A DNA stretch of 64,000 nucleotides. Origin: Takakia lepidozioides. Taxonomy: Eukaryota > Plantae > Bryophyta. The translations under genes were made by a program, and so were the position numbers. The DNA lies in the NCBI GenBank assembly GCA_030704615.1, contig CM060731.1, positions 70,246,001-70,310,000 on the forward strand. Direction: 5' to 3'. Each line of letters starts with the position of its first letter. Within the stretch, counting starts at the first letter, position 1. Positions 1 to 12,787 of this stretch are shown piece after piece. The notes beneath the pieces were generated by a model. The model was given only the letters and a program-made list of their open reading frames with translations. It searched no databases and was not told the DNA's origin.

Positions 1-18
1 CGGGCCTTTGCACCCACT

Positions 19-3000
19 TTGATGTCCTTTAACATTAGGTCTTGGAATATTAGGGGCATATTAGGATCAGATGCTATTGCCCCTAAGAGATCTAGACTTA
101 AAAGATGGGCTGGCTCCTTGTTATCGGATAACTCTATCATCTTCTTACAGGAGCACAAACTAAATGACTCCAAAAATTGCATCCCTTGGACAACTGCTCT
201 GGCCTGCTAACGTGGCTGGTGGAACAGAACTGTAATGGATTCCAGAGGGGGCACAACAGTTTTGGTCTCTCCTACCCTTGCCAGTCAGGTCTCGGAAGTG
301 TGCACTTGGATGGTCGGCAGGGCACAATTCAGCATCCTTTCTTTGCCTACCCTTGGGTGCAAAATTGGCTTTATTAATGTTTATGCTCCTAACTCTGTTG
401 CTGAAAGAATCTCCTTCTGGCAGTTTTTGCATTCAAAGATTCTTCAGCGATCTGATGTTGATCAATGGATTTTAGCAGGAGATTTCAATATGACGGATAG
501 AACGCAGGATAGGCTAGATCCTGGCTCTTTCTCCCTCACCCCGGATGTGCTTAACGCCTGGGAAATTCTATGTCTTTCTGTTGGTTTCATTGATATCTCC
601 ATTCCTGAGAATATGAACCTGCGCTTCTCTTGGTCTAACTGCAGAACCCCCCCGGATCTAGTCATGGCTAGGCTAGACTGCATCTACTGCACCAGTGGCA
701 TAATTCCGTGGGCACAGCCGTGCCCGTTGGGCCTTGTACTGCCAGATTATGACCATGCTGAGATCACATCATGTTTTGTCATCCCAGGCTCAAGGTCTAA
801 GGGGCGCATGTGTCTTAAGCTAAACCCCGCTCTCCTTAAATCTTAGGCTATGGTTAATGCTCTAGTGCAGGAGTGGTCTTCCTCTGGTAATGATTATGAG
901 TCCCCAACTCTTAGATTCCTTTCTAAGCTAGAAGCTATCCAGGCTCAGTCTCAAGAGCTATCTCGGGCCTATGCCCTTGCTAGAACCCAAGCACAATAAT
1001 GAAGGTCCTTGCACAATGTTGAACTACGACAGAGCAAAGACCAACCTCTGGAGCTTTAGGCAGGAAAAAGAGAAGGCCTTGAAGCTCAAAGCGGGGATTA
1101 ACTGGTTCCTTAAAGGGGAAAAGATGTCCAAGTATTTTTTCATTAAGGCCAAGCAGAGAAGAATGGCCTCGGCAATTGCCACTCTTAAAAATCCATAAGG
1201 GATTTCTTGCTCTTCTCCAAAAGAAATGGCTACCATTGCTGAAAAGCATTATGCCGCTCTCTTCTCCAAGAGACTCCCCTCTGCCGCAATCTCATGCATG
1301 TCCCGGCTCTCCTCTCTGCAAAAGAAAAAGATGACCTAGATGCCCCCCTCAAGGACACGGAATTAGCAGAGGCCCTGCAATCTCTCAAGGCAGACAAAAT
1401 GCCAGGATTGGACGGTATGCCAGTAGAACTATTCAAAGCCTTATGGTCTGTGATAGTGGATGATTTCGTGGCATTAACTAAGGACATCCTCTCCAAGGGA
1501 ATCATGCCCTCTCAGCTCTCTGAAGGTCTCATTACGCTAATCTTTAAGAAAGGAGACAGGAGCCTGATATCCAATTACTGCCCTATCACGCTTCTTAATA
1601 CCACCTACAAAATTATTGCCAAAGCATTGGCATCGAGACTTCAGCCTATGCTATCCCGGGTCATCAGACCGGAACAAACAGGTTTTCTTAAAGGTAGAAT
1701 GATTCTCGACAACCTGCTTCTTATAAATGAGGTTATGCATGAAGCCAAGAGGTCTGAGCAGCCCCTGGCTATCCTCATGCTGGACTTTGAGAAAGCGTTT
1801 GATAATATTGATTGGACCTTCCTACATAGAGTCATGGAAAAGATGGGCCTGCCAACCTCCTTTTCTAGATGGGTGAAGTTGCTCCTTACATCTGCCTCTA
1901 GCAAAGTGACGATTAATGGCACCATATCTAAATCCTTCCCTCTTCACAGATCCTTCAGGCAGGGTTGCCCATTGGCCCCATACCTCTTTTTGATAGCAGC
2001 AGACGCTCTTGGGCACTACCTAACTGCTAGGCAAGATATTGTAGGCATGAATCTACTGCATGGCCCGCCTGTTAAGCTGTCTATGTATGTAGACAACATT
2101 ACCCTCTTGTTGAGTAACGAGGATGCCTCCAATAGTATCAGAGCAGTTGAAGCTCTCCAGGTATTCTGCTCTGCTTCTGGACTGAAGGTGAATTGGAATA
2201 AATCGGTGGGTCTCCTTACGGAGCTTCCCCCCAGTGCCACAAGATACCATGGAGCGCCTTGGGGACAAGAGTTAGGTCTCAAGTGGCTCCAGCCAGGCAT
2301 GGGGCATACTCTCGTGGGTTTCCAAGTTGGAATCGGGCTCTCCGAGGATCAAAGGTATGAGCCAATTCTACAAAAGCTGCGTAAAAAGTTGGCCTTTTGG
2401 AGTTTAGCCATGCTCTCCCTAGCTGGCAGAGCTTTAGTTCTCAATCAAATCTTGCTGGCTTCCATCTGGTTTTCTACCTCTGTTTGGTCCCCGGGCTATA
2501 AGCTGGTTAGTAAAATCAAAACTCTGATGCGTAATTTTCTCTGGGGTGCCTCCTCTCAAGCACCAACTAAGAGGGCTCTGGTCTCCTGGGCGCAGCTATG
2601 TAGGCCCAAAATAGAAGGAGGGTTAGGCATCATTGATCCCTCCCTACAGATTAAAGCCCTCCTTGTCAAATGGATACCAAGAGTTCTTGTGCATGGTGAC
2701 AGTCCCTGGTGCAACTTGGTGAGAGCCCACTTGGTGGATTCTACTCCTCTTACCTCTCCCTTTTGGGCTCCTTCTCTGAGGTGGTTGACCCATGGTTCAG
2801 CAGAATCTAGATGCACGGGGAGTGCCGCTTGGAGGTCTATCTGGGCTGCCTGGCTGTCGATCAGACCGCACTTGTTTCAAAGAAGGGCGCTTTGCTTTGA
2901 GGAGGCAATTCGCCAGCCATTGTTCGGAAACAACAATCTGGCCTATGCCCCCCTAATCTCTCTTCACAAAATATGGGCTACTTGGGAATCCAAAGGACTC

Positions 3001-4690
3001 TCACACATAGCCGATATCTGGGAAAATGGAGGCTTTATGCTTCCCAACATCCTGTCCATGCTCATTTCCGCGAGTTCTATCAAACACGGATGGGAGCACA
3101 TTAAGCAAGGAGTGTCATACGTTCTGCCTTTACTGACCGGGGGGACAACTCACAGAATAGCCTCCCCTGCTGGTTCGGCAACTATGAAGGTGATAGATTC
3201 TTTGCCTTGCTAGCTATCTCCAATTCTGCATTGCACTGGGAAGGCCCAAGATTTCTAGCCGACTCTGAAGGGACCCTACTGCATATCGGGCAAGGGCACA
3301 TGTGCCAGAAATCCTCCTTTAGAATTAGAGTTTTTGAAACTCTGACTGGGATACCAGATCCCAAACCACCCCCTGGAGGAGAGTTCTGCTGGGCCGAAAG
3401 GACACCCTTAACATGGTTCTTGCGTTATCCCCTTAGCAGACTTCAACTTGACCCGGGAGAATGGACCTGGATGGACGTCAAGAAAACACCTCTCCTCGGG
3501 TACAAAGTCAAGATTGGCTATAAACTGTTGTTGGGCAACGCTAATTTCACGGCTAAGTGGAATGGAAAATGGAACCTCAGCTTGCAGGAAAAGGGATGGA
3601 AGCAATCTGGAAGGATATTTGGGCAAAGCACCGTTCTACCAAAATCAGCGCTTTCTTATGGAAGATAGCCAATAAAATCCTCCCTGTGGCAGCCAACCTT
3701 CAGGGCCAGAACCCTGCCTGCCTGATGTGCAATTGTGGTTACAATGAAACTTTAGAGCATGTTTTGCTCACCTGCCACCTTCCTGCTAGGATTTGGACTA
3801 TAGTGGCAGGCTTCTATTCCCATTGGCAAGCCCTCCCACCCCTATCAGCTCCTCTCCTGTTGTTTAATTTACATAGAAGCGCTGCTTGGAACGGATGCCC
3901 GATCTGGGCCTGTCTTAGAGACACACACGCTATGGGCAATATGGAAGGCCAGATGTGTTTTGATCTTTGAGGGAAAACGCCCCAGCATCAGACTGATACT
4001 CTGCAAACTGTATTCGGATCTAATGATTGAGGGGCGTAAGGTTTGGGTGTCCTTACAAACAGCCATCAGCAGATGCAGTGAAGGCAGGAGCCGGCAGCTG
4101 CTTGCGGATTTCGACACCACCTGGGCCAAAGACGACATCCTCTGCTCCAGAATCGATGACTCTCGAATTACATGGCACGACCACCTCCCCGTCTCTTGGC
4201 AAGTCACCGGCTGAGTCGGATGCACCAGACATCAACTGGAAGCACAGCAAGACCCACAGTTCTAAATCTAAAGTGCGTCTAGATTTCGGTCGTTGATAGT
4301 CTCTTTGTTTTCAGGACTTGTCATACTGTTACCCTTCCCCTAGGATTGGTAGCATACTACAGCCCTCTGCCCCTTCTTTTGGTTCTTTTCATGACTTGGG
4401 GCTCCTTCATCATCCTGGAGCTTCTTCTTTTGGCTCATCTCAAGACTTTGGGCTCTTTCATCATCATCCCTAAGGCACCATAGTTTAGCCACGATCCGGC
4501 TTGTTCCTGCTATTCACCCCCATTCCTATTAGTGTTGGGTGTTCCTCATGTGATATGCCTTTATGGCAACCCTGGAGGTTATTTTTTCCTCCGTTCTCTT
4601 GTTTTCCCCTATTTTCAATAAACTTGTCCAGGGCCTCTACCCCCTGTTCATATAGATTTTAAATTATTATATTTTAATTTTTTTTAAATA
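19..4690 (+). mobile_element. L1-clade LINE retrotransposon, ORF2 (APE endonuclease-RT-zinc finger) plus 3' UTR, disrupted
   Basis: APE motifs SWNIRG, LQE, INVYAPN, LAGDFN, ARLD (19-846). RT motifs PGLDG, PITLLNTTYKIIAK, QTGFLKGR, LDFEKAFD, RQGCPLAP, and YVDN in place of YADD (1294-3213). C-terminal CxxC..ETLEHVLLTC zf-RVT (3557-3970). Several stops and frameshifts; pyrimidine-rich 3' UTR ends in an A/T-rich tail near 4650-4690. Confidence 0.95.
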
Positions 4691-4851
4691 AAATAAAAAA
4701 CATCGCCATGAAGGCGTAGAAATGGACACCGCCCAAGGGAACGGGGAGAAGAGTATACCACAACCGTCAAGTAGCAGGATTTGACCCCAGAATCATCTGG
4801 GTGGCACTCAGGAGTCAGTGCACTAACCAATTGAGCTACTGATTGTTGGTC
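4690..4851 (-). mobile_element. tRNA-derived SINE (Pol III A/B boxes, T-run end)
   Basis: Minus strand reads GACCAACAATCAG-TAGCTCAATTGG-TTAGTGCAC...GGGGTCAAATCC, matching A-box and B-box spacing. About 75 nt of unrelated body follows, ending in TTTTTT. It does not fold as a normal cloverleaf. Confidence 0.7.
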
Positions 4852-4892
4852 ACTCCTATTATTTTCCAAATTTAAAAAAAAACAAAAAACAC

Positions 4893-4941
4893 TCATGGGT
4901 GGCACTGAGTGCACTATCCAACCCAGCTACGACTGTTGGTC
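4893..4941 (-). mobile_element. second, truncated head of the same SINE family
   Basis: GACCAACAGTCGTAGCTGGGTTGGATAGTGCACTCAGTGCCACCC aligns with the 5' part of the 4690-4851 element. Confidence 0.6.
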
Positions 4942-5029
4942 ATAGAATCTTTGTCAAGTCAATTCTTTAATAAACTTACAATTTTTAGTATTTTTATTAA
5001 TTGTTAATTTAATTATGATATTATATACA

Positions 5030-5822
5030 TATAAGACACCAACCCAAGTTAGCATAGCGCCTCTTCCCCTTCATTATGAGATTATATTTAGTATGGTTTG
5101 AATAGCTCTGAAAATTAAGACGCTGCCTGAAGCGTACACATACCGTTGTTTTTGTTTCCTGCAAAGCAAGAACATATTTATTGCAACTAATACATGGTTT
5201 TAGTCCCTTGGTGTGTCCTTCACGCCTTATGGTAGAAGTAAGGTCTGTCCCAAGTCCTTATGTTTTTTCCCTTATCAGTAAAAACTTGGATTTTCCAAAT
5301 ACAAATTTTTTCCCAAATCAGATAGTAGCTACATGGCTTCTTTAACAGCCAATGTAGTCGCCCCTCCTTTTGCTTGCTTTTTGCTAGGAGTTAGGGGGTT
5401 ATTGAGCTTACTCTATCTATTAATTTATACATTGATGTTTGCTTTTTTTCTTGGGGGGGCCTGCGTTTGCAGAGCCCACTACTTACTAACTTAGTAAGTA
5501 ATAATTAGTAAGTAGTAAGAGGGGGGGGGGGGCTCCCCTTTATATACCCTCTGGAGGCGGTGGGACGTTTCTAGAAGCCCGCAAGTGGTGGGACCCTTCT
5601 AGAAGGCCCTGGACCTGTGTCACCCCTACAAACCCCCTTACCCTTACCAAGCGGCTACCATCCCCTATTTAATAGCTTTCCCCTTCCTGCCATCTTTTTC
5701 CATTCCATTACTTAATACACGTGGCCTTATTAGATTAGCCCCCCTTTCTAATTACTGGACCACGCTAATTCCTGGACCACTCTAGAATCAACCGGGGCCA
5801 CCCAAACTTGGGGGGCTTATTC
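5030..5822 (-). mobile_element. solo-LTR-like repeat, copy 1 (family shared with 19918-20482)
   Basis: Shares both ends (ATAAGACACCAACCCAAGTTAGC / TAATTCCTGGACCACTCT...CTTATT) and the internal block GCCCAC...TTAGTAAGTA...GGCGGTGGGAC...TTCTAGAAG with 19918-20482. Termini resemble decayed TGTAAG...CTTACA. It cuts off the adjacent Copia RNase H at the SSIEAE motif. Confidence 0.6.
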
Positions 5823-6450
5823 AGCTTCGATGGAAGAAATAGCAACCACCGTTTGCTCATCCAACTCCCTGGTACGGAGCTTAAAAGAAACACATCCAAA
5901 AGTTGATTTGCGGATATCCACATCACCGCCCCAATCGGCGCCGGCAAAACTATGACAAGCCATGGATTGGAGAAGTGGAAAATTGAAAGTCAAACTCCCT
6001 TGATAAAATAGGCCATGATCAGAGGTACTCTTGCGATATTGAAATCGCTGTTTGACGGCAGACCAATGAGCAACGGCAGATAGCAACGGGCAGGATTTGA
6101 CAAATATTGTAATACCACTCCCACGGCATAAGCAATGTCGGGGTGGGTACCAACCATCACGTATTTCAAGCTGCTCAAGCTGCCAACGCTTTGACTGATA
6201 GGGAATAGCAAGCATTTTGTGCCCATTTTCTTCTATACGTGGAGATTGTTCTTTGGTTTGTTTGAAGTCTGATGCAATTGGAGTACCAAGAGGTTTACAC
6301 TGTTCCCAAATCTTTTTAGTATTTCATTAATATATTTAGATTGTGTTAACGTGACATTACGTAATTATCGATTTTTCTTAATATGAATCTTGAGGCAATA
6401 CTTGAAAGTTGATCTCACCCATTTCGGTCATATAAAACTCCGCACATAGT
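5823..6450 (-). mobile_element. Ty1/Copia RT-RNase H fragment
   Basis: Frameshifted motifs YQSVGSL, GTHPDIAYAVGVV, ADWGGDVDIRKST and VVAISSIEAE. Confidence 0.9.
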
Positions 6451-6547
6451 AAGGCTTTGGTTTGGGGTAGTTGTAGGATATGGTGTCTCACTTTTTTACA
6501 GATGGTGACGTTCATGGAAGTCCATTGCATATTTTTTCAGTTTGATT

Positions 6548-6549
<2 letters not shown>

Positions 6550-6585
<36 letters not shown>
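6550..6585. repeat. (TA)n microsatellite
   Basis: About 18 perfect TA units. Confidence 0.95.
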
Positions 6586-6589
<4 letters not shown>

Positions 6590-6669
6590 ATAGTATATTT
6601 AACATCCTTAGTAAAGGGTCTAACCCAGATACTATAGATATTATTTATTATAAATTTTAATATTTAATT

Positions 6670-7030
6670 GAAAAAAACTCTTAGGAGTCAAATCTTAGAG
6701 CGTATGACCATTTGTCCATATATTACCTGGGCATCCTAGATTATATGTTTGTATATTTATTAGTAAAATATGATACCCAAAAACCCAAAAGACAATATGC
6801 TATGGACTAATGAAAAACACATGTTTTTTGGTGTATAAAAAAATCCATAGCTTGGTAAAAATTTGATAGATTTCCAAACTACTTTCACCTATTGAAACAT
6901 TGCACAATTTCTATACATGACTTTTTGTCCTTATCACAATTGGTTACATTTACATATAATTTTTAGAGCCCATAGCACAAAAAAACAGTGTTTTGAGATT
7001 CAAAAGTCCATAGCATTCTTAAAAAACTGG
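6670..7030 (+). repeat. dispersed AT-rich repeat (probable DNA-transposon end); inverted copy at ~42660-43032
   Basis: 6670-6852 aligns with the reverse complement of 42850-43032, e.g. TTGTCCATATAT...CTAGATTATA.GTTTGT...AAAAACCCAAAA...ATATGCTATGGACTA. Confidence 0.75.
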
Positions 7031-7611
7031 GCCAGCCATCATCATCATTTGAAATATTATTTGGGCCATAAAGATATGATAATTTTTTTTAAACAAATCC
7101 GCAGATTGAACCAAGTTTTGGCGGATACGATGGAATTGCTAGACATGCCAGGTTTAGGTTCTAGTGACCATGATGTTCGTGGGGGTTTGAGTCCCTCTAT
7201 CCGTACAAGTCAGAACTTGGAAGTTGTACAATCACTAGGCCTCGGCAGAGATCCGCGACCTTCCCTTACTTCGGCCTCTATCCGTTTGGGAAATATAGCC
7301 TATATAATTATTTTGTTTTCAGCTAATGCTGCTTTCGGAGATATTACAGGTGCCACCAGCCATCGTAGATTTCATCCAATTTGCGAAAAAATTGTTACAT
7401 TATATAGGTCTTGTAGGCGGTATACACAAACCAATGTCATTTATAATAAATATGAACTATTGTAAACAAAGAAAAGATAACATGAAGCACAGTCATTGAA
7501 AAACCGCCCAATGACGACAACGTCCATACTGAGACACCATATCCTGCAACTGCCCTTTGGGCGTAACAAACCTTGATTATCATTAGTGACTATAATTGAA
7601 TCATCTACATA

Positions 7612-7930
7612 GAGAGCTATGGCCTCACCCTCTTTACATAGACATTGGTATTAGCACCAGTGCGTTGAAATTCAGTTTGTAAAAGGTATAAGTCAATCTG
7701 GGCATACCATGTAGAAGGACTTTGTTCCAACCCATATATTGTTTTATTAAGTTTGCATACTAAATTAGCCTTTCTAGGTTGAACAAATTCCTCGGGCTGT
7801 CTCATGTAGAGTTATTCATTAACCTCACCATTTACAAATGTTGTCTTAACATCCATTTGATGGACGTCGTAATCGTGTTCGGCCGCAAGAGCCAAACGAA
7901 CTTGAAGTGAATTTAGTTTGACAATGGGAC
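7612..7930 (-). mobile_element. Ty1/Copia RT fragment
   Basis: HQMDVKTTFVNGEVNE..YMRQPEEFVQ..NLVCKLNKTIYGLEQSPSTWY. Confidence 0.9.
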
Positions 7931-8039
7931 ATCCGTACACTTGGTGACGGATTTCAAAGAGCAATGGTCATGTGGATGGCTATATTGTTAGACCAGCCAC
8001 ACCCACAAATCAACCTCAAATCCGTACATTACACGTCCC

Positions 8040-8222
8040 CATCAAACGAGGGATTTATTCAGCCCGGAAAGACTAATTTATTGTAAACTCAATAAAATAG
8101 TATATGGGTTGAATCAAAGTGCATGTGCATAGTATGACAAGATTGACTCCTACCTTTTACAAACTCCATTTCAATGCAGTGGTGCTGATACCAATGTATA
8201 TGTAAAGAGGGTGATAGCTTTA
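8040..8222 (+). mobile_element. Ty1/Copia RT fragment, inverted relative to 7612-7800
   Basis: Covers the same RT segment (CKLNKIVYGLNQS...IDSYLLQT.FQCSGADTNVYVKRV) on the opposite strand. Confidence 0.85.
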
Positions 8223-8283
8223 TAATTTATAATACACGACTTCGAACTAGGGTCCAAAGTGACAATAAGTACCGTTACTTACT

Positions 8284-9052
8284 AGCTTATGCACATTTAG
8301 GTGGTCATTGTGTGTGGATTAGATTCAGTACCAAGGGTGTTGACAATGTGTGTCAAGAACTCACAAAAAAGGTGCATTAACTAGTTAATTACATGAACTG
8401 CAAAAATTTGGTTTTTTAGCTTCATAATTTATGCATATTTAGGTGGTCAGTGTATGTGGGTTGACAATGTCTATCAAGTGTATTAACTAATTAATTACAT
8501 GAACAATAGAAAATTATTTATGATTATGCAAATTGAGGCACTGGATTACTAGGTTACTAAAATTTGTGTGTTGACAATGTCTAGTAAGAACACCGTCACT
8601 CATAAGAATACATTTAGGTGTATTAACTAATTAATTGCAGGAACAACAAAAACTTTGTAGCTTATGCATATTTAGGTGGTCACTCTGTGCGGGTTAGGTT
8701 GCTGAAGGTGTTCACAATGTCTATCAATAACACCATGTGTTAATTATATTTCATAGAGGTCACAACATGAGAGGTTATTATTGGGCATATTTAGTTGGTC
8801 ACTATGTGCAGGTTTAATAGCAAATTCTCTAAGTGTGACATATTGTATTGATATCATTCAAGTCTATCTAGAATGTCATATCACGAATCAAAGTTTAGAT
8901 TTAAGTGTCAAGGGTTTAGAGTCTAACCTTAAGTGTTAAGGATTAATAGTGAATTAAGATTTAATCCTAAGTGTTATTTAATTACATAAACAACATGATA
9001 TTATCATTTTATTAGGTATTAGGTGGTCACTTCGTAGAGGTCGACAACATTG
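8284..9052. repeat. degenerate tandem repeat, ~110-140 bp unit
   Basis: Core TTATGCATATTTAGGTGGTCA recurs at ~8287, 8429, 8662, 8785 and 9017, with recurring TTGACAATGTCTA and TTAACTAATTAATTAC blocks. Confidence 0.75.
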
Positions 9053-9169
9053 TTAATTGTGTGTTGACATATTAATTCTGTCTGTTAAAGAGTTACATAC
9101 AGAACAACAAGACAATATTTTATTAGACTGAAATTTAAAGTGATCATTTAAAGTGCTAAGTGTCTGACT

Positions 9170-9300
9170 TGATGAAATTTCAATTGAATGATCAAACTTG
9201 CCAATATTGAGTCTTGACACTTCGACTCGAACTATAACATCAACCATGTTACAAATATAATGGTATCTCAATTGTATCATGGATCCCCTTGACAATTAAA
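9170..9300 (-). mobile_element. highly decayed Copia RNase H C-terminal fragment
   Basis: RGSMIQLRYHYICNMV resembles the Copia RTKHIDIRYHFIREKV motif. Confidence 0.5.
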
Positions 9301-11199
9301 TTGACTACAACTAATATGTTATCCAATTTATCTAATGATAATTTCTTAAAAGTCTTACTACAAAATTTCAATCATCAATAAATTTTTAAGCCTTTTGACT
9401 TTGTTTCTAAGTTAACAATTAAATATGATTAAATATAATTATTATATTAAATGTTATTTATTTGATTAATTCAATTTAATTAAATTTTGTCGTATATATG
9501 CAAGTTTTGTCCGGATTTAATTATAATTGTGTTATTTCTTTGCATAGCGACATTGCTCTTGACCTTTAGATATGAGCATCGACGTTATATCTCTTCCATC
9601 GGTTTCATGAAAATTTGGCAAGGAGGCTGCGTACTGAATAGTTGCAGGATGTTGTACAATGTGTAGAGAATGGATGTGTGATTAGTACATAGTAGCATAG
9701 ACAACTGCACGTAAGCTTGGAGAGCTTACAATTAGCAAGCCCCGAAATGCACGGGAGCCATCCGTCTCCCGGAAATCGTATGTGTGTCCAAATTGTCAGC
9801 CTTCATTTTTCAAGCAAATGAGGGCTGAGGTGAGTAAGAGCTACTCAGCCTTGGAGCGACTCAGGGCCGGCAGAGGCGTTCGAGATTCCCAATGACACGA
9901 AGCGCCCCAATCCTTGGCGGGCCACTATCCTCGAGTCACGTTTAACCTTCATCTTTTCGAATAACTGAAGGCTGAGGTGCCTCGGAAGGGGAGTTGGCGG
10001 GCGTGGGGGTGCCCATGACTTGGCCAAATGCTCGAGGAGGTAGAACATCCCGAAAAATGTTTAAGTCAGCCTTGACAATTTTATTCCTCGAGTGGTAGTC
10101 TGTTCCCAATAATTGAGAGATCTCAGCCATCCAAATTTGGACGGTGATCCGGAAATTATGGACCCTCGACTTAAAGCACGGAAATAAAAACCTGAAAGAC
10201 AGACCATGCGGCTTGTCTTTTGTTCCCACTTTGCACCAGTACATTGAGGGCAAAGAACTTGGAGCAACCTTGGAAGCGAGTTTGCTGCGGGGGGCGTCAT
10301 CCTCGTTTTGTGCTAGGTCCGCCTTCCAATCCAAGTTCGCCTCTCGTTCTTTATTTTTTTCCTTCCCGTTCTTTTATTCATTTGATCACACCCCTCTGTT
10401 ATTTTACAGGTGGGGATGGGATGCGACCAAGTGAATGAAAGACAAAGAAGAAGAAAAAGAGGGACCCTACTGGCCGTTCGTGCGGTGGTGCTTAGTGGGA
10501 ATCCTTCCGACAAAATCATCGGTAAAGTTTCTAACTCGTTGGCTTGTAGGTTGAAGCAACAGTTCATCTTCATTACCCAAAGCTCACAAAGATGCTCACT
10601 CCCCCCACCTAAGTCAGGGTTCGCCGCTTCAAATACAAGTCACTCACAAATTAAAACCAAATCAGTTTCGCACATATCTAATGGACATCATGTGTGAAAA
10701 CACGTGAGGAGAGTCCTTTGATTGAGTGAGATGAGGTGGTGGCTCCAGTTGAGCAGCGGGGGCTCGGAGTTACTCCTAGCCTCCTTTTTCCTCGGGCTAT
10801 TTTTCTCATCCCAATGTCACACTTCTTGAGTCTTCCCCCATTTTCCACTTGATTGAACCGTGGTGTACGGGTCCTAGGGGGTGCACTCTTCATAAAAAGA
10901 CCATATCACATGCGTGCATCAGTCAATAAAAAATACCCTTGTATATAGCTTAATTCATGAATTTATCATATATATATAATTTTATTAAATCCCCTAAAGT
11001 ATTATATATAGAAATATTTTAATAAATAACAACACCCTGCTGTATGTATTCAAGTGTTCATTCATAATATATTATTTATGTATAATTTTTAATACAAAAT
11101 TATGGATAAATTATAGATCATATTTAAAAAATATATAAAATAACTTGTATAACTAATAAAAATTAGTGTAAATATATTGCATTGATCAAATTATCAAAA

Positions 11200-12787
11200 A
11201 CTTTTTTATCGTTTGGATCAAGCTCATACCTATTAGAGGCTGCATCATATTTTAAGCAAATTAATGCTATAATACTCAGTCATCATATTGTCCGTCAAAT
11301 CATATGAGTAAAATAATCCTTATATTCTTTGGTACCAAGCTAAACCTATTTCTACATGGGAAGGTCGATTCAACAAATCAATTGGATCTTTATACTCAAT
11401 TCATCAATTATTGACATTTCGACGCATTTTCTGAACTCTACCCAAATACCAAACACCTTTGGTTGATGCCTTAGTGGTTTTTGTTGGTCTGCCTCTCCTC
11501 TTTACAACTGGGGCTTGGTTGCCGACGGTCTCAACAAAAAAAAAACACAATCAGATCATAATCCTAACATTGTTTTTGGATTAATGTGGCTATAATTTTT
11601 CTCTTTGCGAAGTGAAATTCCACTTCGAACTCGTGTTAACCTATCTTTGGAAAGAGTGGGGTCGCTAATTGACCCAACCAAGGTAATTGCCGACGGTCTC
11701 AACAATAGCCTTCTCATCTTCTTTATCTCCTTCTTGCTCATCAATAAGTGCATCCAAGGTATGTCAAAATTCGCTTTGAACAGTAATATCCTCTGTATGC
11801 ACCTGCAAGGGTCCGAAATATCTTCTATTGCACTTAAAGAATGATCCTACATAGTTTCAGGTTCGGCATGGGTTTCTCCATCAACTTCCAAACAAAGACC
11901 ACAAGAACAATATCACCATTCTCTTGCATGCATTTGAAAAGTTGAACTGCTATCTTCTTTTCGATATTCCATGGCTAATTCCACCATAATATTTTCAATG
12001 AGATCGCAGCTATCATACGTCCTCTCATTTTGCAATATGCCTCCAACTTTAAAAAAATCTCACAAACATCAGATCCGACAATACTCAAAGGAACATGCAA
12101 ATGGCTGAACTTATCTTTGAAGAGCTCGATGAGGAGAACCACATAATGACATAAAACTTGCAAGTCCAAGTATGCCTCCCTGCCGATGAATAAAGCTTTC
12201 AAATTATAGAGTCCATGATGATGTATCCATAGCTTCCATAATTTGAAAAAAAATGGCTGCAGATCGTACCCTTCCACCCAAAGATAGGTGAAGAAAAAGA
12301 AAAATATCTACATAGCATTAAACAACATGTAGATATATTTCAGTCTTTTTGGTCCTCTCCTTGCAATGGTTAGGACTTGATTGCAACTCCTTCAAGCATG
12401 CTTGCACCTTGCGAGAAGCTATGCATTGAGGTGCCCCTCAATTTTGCCGGTCTTCCCTCTTGACATCAACTTCTTAGAGTCCATGTTTATCACTTGAAAA
12501 CATTTCATAAACCAAAAACACCTGGTTCAAGGTTGCAAGCTCATCACCCAAGACTAGTTATCGTGAAAGATTGTCCAATGGATTCACCAATTTTTTTCCA
12601 TTGTGAATGAAGTTTTGGTCGTGTAGCCTATAGATATCTCCACCATTCCCTAATACCTTTGCTGACAATAACCAACCGTTCCCAAGGGATGAACATTTCT
12701 CCAGCACCATTGTCATAGTCTTTCAACATTAGCTTCCTCCTTCGATTGTCACCATCTGAAGCATGACCAATTATTGGTGCAACTATA
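11200..12787 (-). mobile_element. decayed DDE transposase, P-element-superfamily-like; N-terminal part cut off by a Gypsy LTR
   Basis: Ordered motifs across stops: PIIGHASDGDNRRR (catalytic D), LHDQNFIHNGKKLVN (D/NxxH-K-N signature), DVKREDRQN*GAPQCIASRKV, IVGSDVCEIF (catalytic E region), then a C-terminal WYLGRVQKMRR...DPIDLLNRP...YDLTD...YELDPND domain. Confidence 0.6.

Noticed and set aside
4690-4851. Functional tRNA gene
   Set aside because: A and B boxes are present, but there is no proper acceptor/anticodon cloverleaf and an unrelated 3' body follows.
6917-7465. 182-aa ORF
   Set aside because: It spans the junction of two repeat fragments and has no recognisable motifs.
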